From NCBI GenBank assembly GCA_963833985.1, contig CAWIAD010000002.1:2976001-3040000 (forward strand): DNA of 64,000 nt, read 5' to 3'. Positions 63,071 to 64,000 of this stretch are shown here, one piece after another. Source of the DNA: an uncultured Planctomycetaceae bacterium. Lineage in GTDB: Bacteria; Planctomycetota; Planctomycetia; Isosphaerales; Isosphaeraceae. The translations under genes were made by a program, and so were the position numbers. The notes below the pieces were generated by a model. The model searched no databases, had not been told where the DNA came from, and saw only the letters and a list, made by a program, of their open reading frames with translations. Each line of letters begins with the position of its first letter. The stretch's first letter is position 1.

Positions 63071-63260
63071 GGAAGGTCAGGCATCTTGCGACTTCTCAAC
63101 AAGCGGAGGGCTTACGATCGGCAGATATTCTCATGAAGCGCGGTCCAACGGGCTTTCTTCAGGCTTGTTATCCATGAAAGCTTGCGCGATGGCTTCCGGT
63201 GCGTCCATCGTTAGGATGCGTTGCATGTCCCATCGCTCCTCATCGCTCCTATCGCTCCTT
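63071..63260. mobile_element. Putative non-autonomous mini-element (about 160 bp plus stutter)
   Basis: Left end GGTCAGGCATCTTGCGACTTC; right end (minus) GGGACATGCAACGCATC; outer stutter CATCGCTCCT about x3. Confidence 0.55.
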
Positions 63261-63329
63261 GGAGCGGCTTGACCACGGCAAGCCAGGCGGCCAGGGCAAG
63301 TTCGGACAACGAATCCCGCACGGACGGCT

Positions 63330-63636
63330 TGCACGCCACCCTGAACTGTGGCTGGCCCCATTCGTGCTCCTGGACGATCCGGCCGCGGAGCCGACGAACA
63401 ACCGCGCGGAGCGGTTGCTTCGCGACCCGGGCGTCATCGCGCGGAAGGTATCGTGCGGGAACCAGACCGAGGCGGGTCAGGGCGCATGGGAGCGGCTGAC
63501 CAGCGTGGCGATGACCTGCCAGCAACACTCCCAAGACTTCGTCTCCTGGCTGGCCGGGTGCCTGCCCCTCGACGCTCAGGTGCTCCCTATCCCGCCGCCC
63601 CCAACCCAGGCCGCTCGACCCGAACGCCGGGAGTAA
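63330..63636 (+). pseudogene. IS66-family transposase C-terminal fragment
   Basis: EPTNNRAERLLR..VIARKVSCGNQT..G. Confidence 0.75.
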
Positions 63637-63788
63637 TCCCCCGGGGCCACCCGGCCCGTTTCCGTCCCCGGCCTGAGTCGATGATCGCGTGAAGAGCTTC
63701 GCGTCCCCTCGGCATCAATACCTCCTTACATCAAGATCACGCTTTACTGCCTTTCAGGGTAAACGACGTGTTGATCTCGGCTGAAACA

Positions 63789-64000
63789 TCACGGCCCGCC
63801 ACGATAGACGTCCTTGCGATGACCAAGCCGAAGCACGATCACGATCAAACGGTCATCCCGGATGGCGTAAATCACACGGTAGTTGCCCACGCGAATTCGA
63901 TAGAGGTCGTCTTCCCCGCTCAGCTTTTTGACGCCTCGCGGACGTGGCTCAAACCCCAAAGCCTCAATGTGAGCCGCGATGCGTTCGCGAGGTTTTCGGG
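63789..64000 (-). CDS. relE: RelE/ParE family toxin, 3' part (start beyond window end)
   Basis: Manual translation PRPRGVKKLSGEDDLYRIRVGNYRVIYAIRDDRLIVIVLRLGHRKDVYR. Confidence 0.9.
   Translation of the reverse strand, partial: RKPRERIAAHIEALGFEPRPRGVKKLSGEDDLYRIRVGNYRVIYAIRDDRLIVIVLRLGHRKDVYRGGP

Overview
High-GC (roughly 65-67%, by eye) bacterial DNA, very probably Planctomycetota and possibly Isosphaeraceae-like (inferred from the PVC-type heme-binding protein, ECF-sigma/Ser-Thr kinase pair, extended ECF sigma and MoxR-vWA cluster). Most of 1-21 kb and 27-50 kb is ordinary core or accessory gene content. More than a dozen genes carry single-base frameshifts, most likely sequencing or consensus errors. 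Two mosaic regions stand out. (1) About 21.2-26.6 kb lies downstream of tRNA-Ser(GCT). It holds two att-like copies of the tRNA 3' end, a two-cassette integron-type array with no integrase, a disabled AbiE pair and a minimal kinase with a partner gene. (2) About 50.1-64 kb holds a 464-bp duplication of host DNA, three toxin-antitoxin loci, an ECF-STK-PEP-CTERM module, a heptaheme cytochrome, an intact IS630 and gene fragments. Several junctions in region 2 carry a GGACAGGCA-type end motif, usually flanked on its outer side by a different short tandem 'stutter', and lie beside pieces of an HUH/Y1 (RAYT-like) transposase. This stutter-junction element is the best candidate for an undescribed system. 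All family assignments come from recognising motifs by eye; no searches were run.
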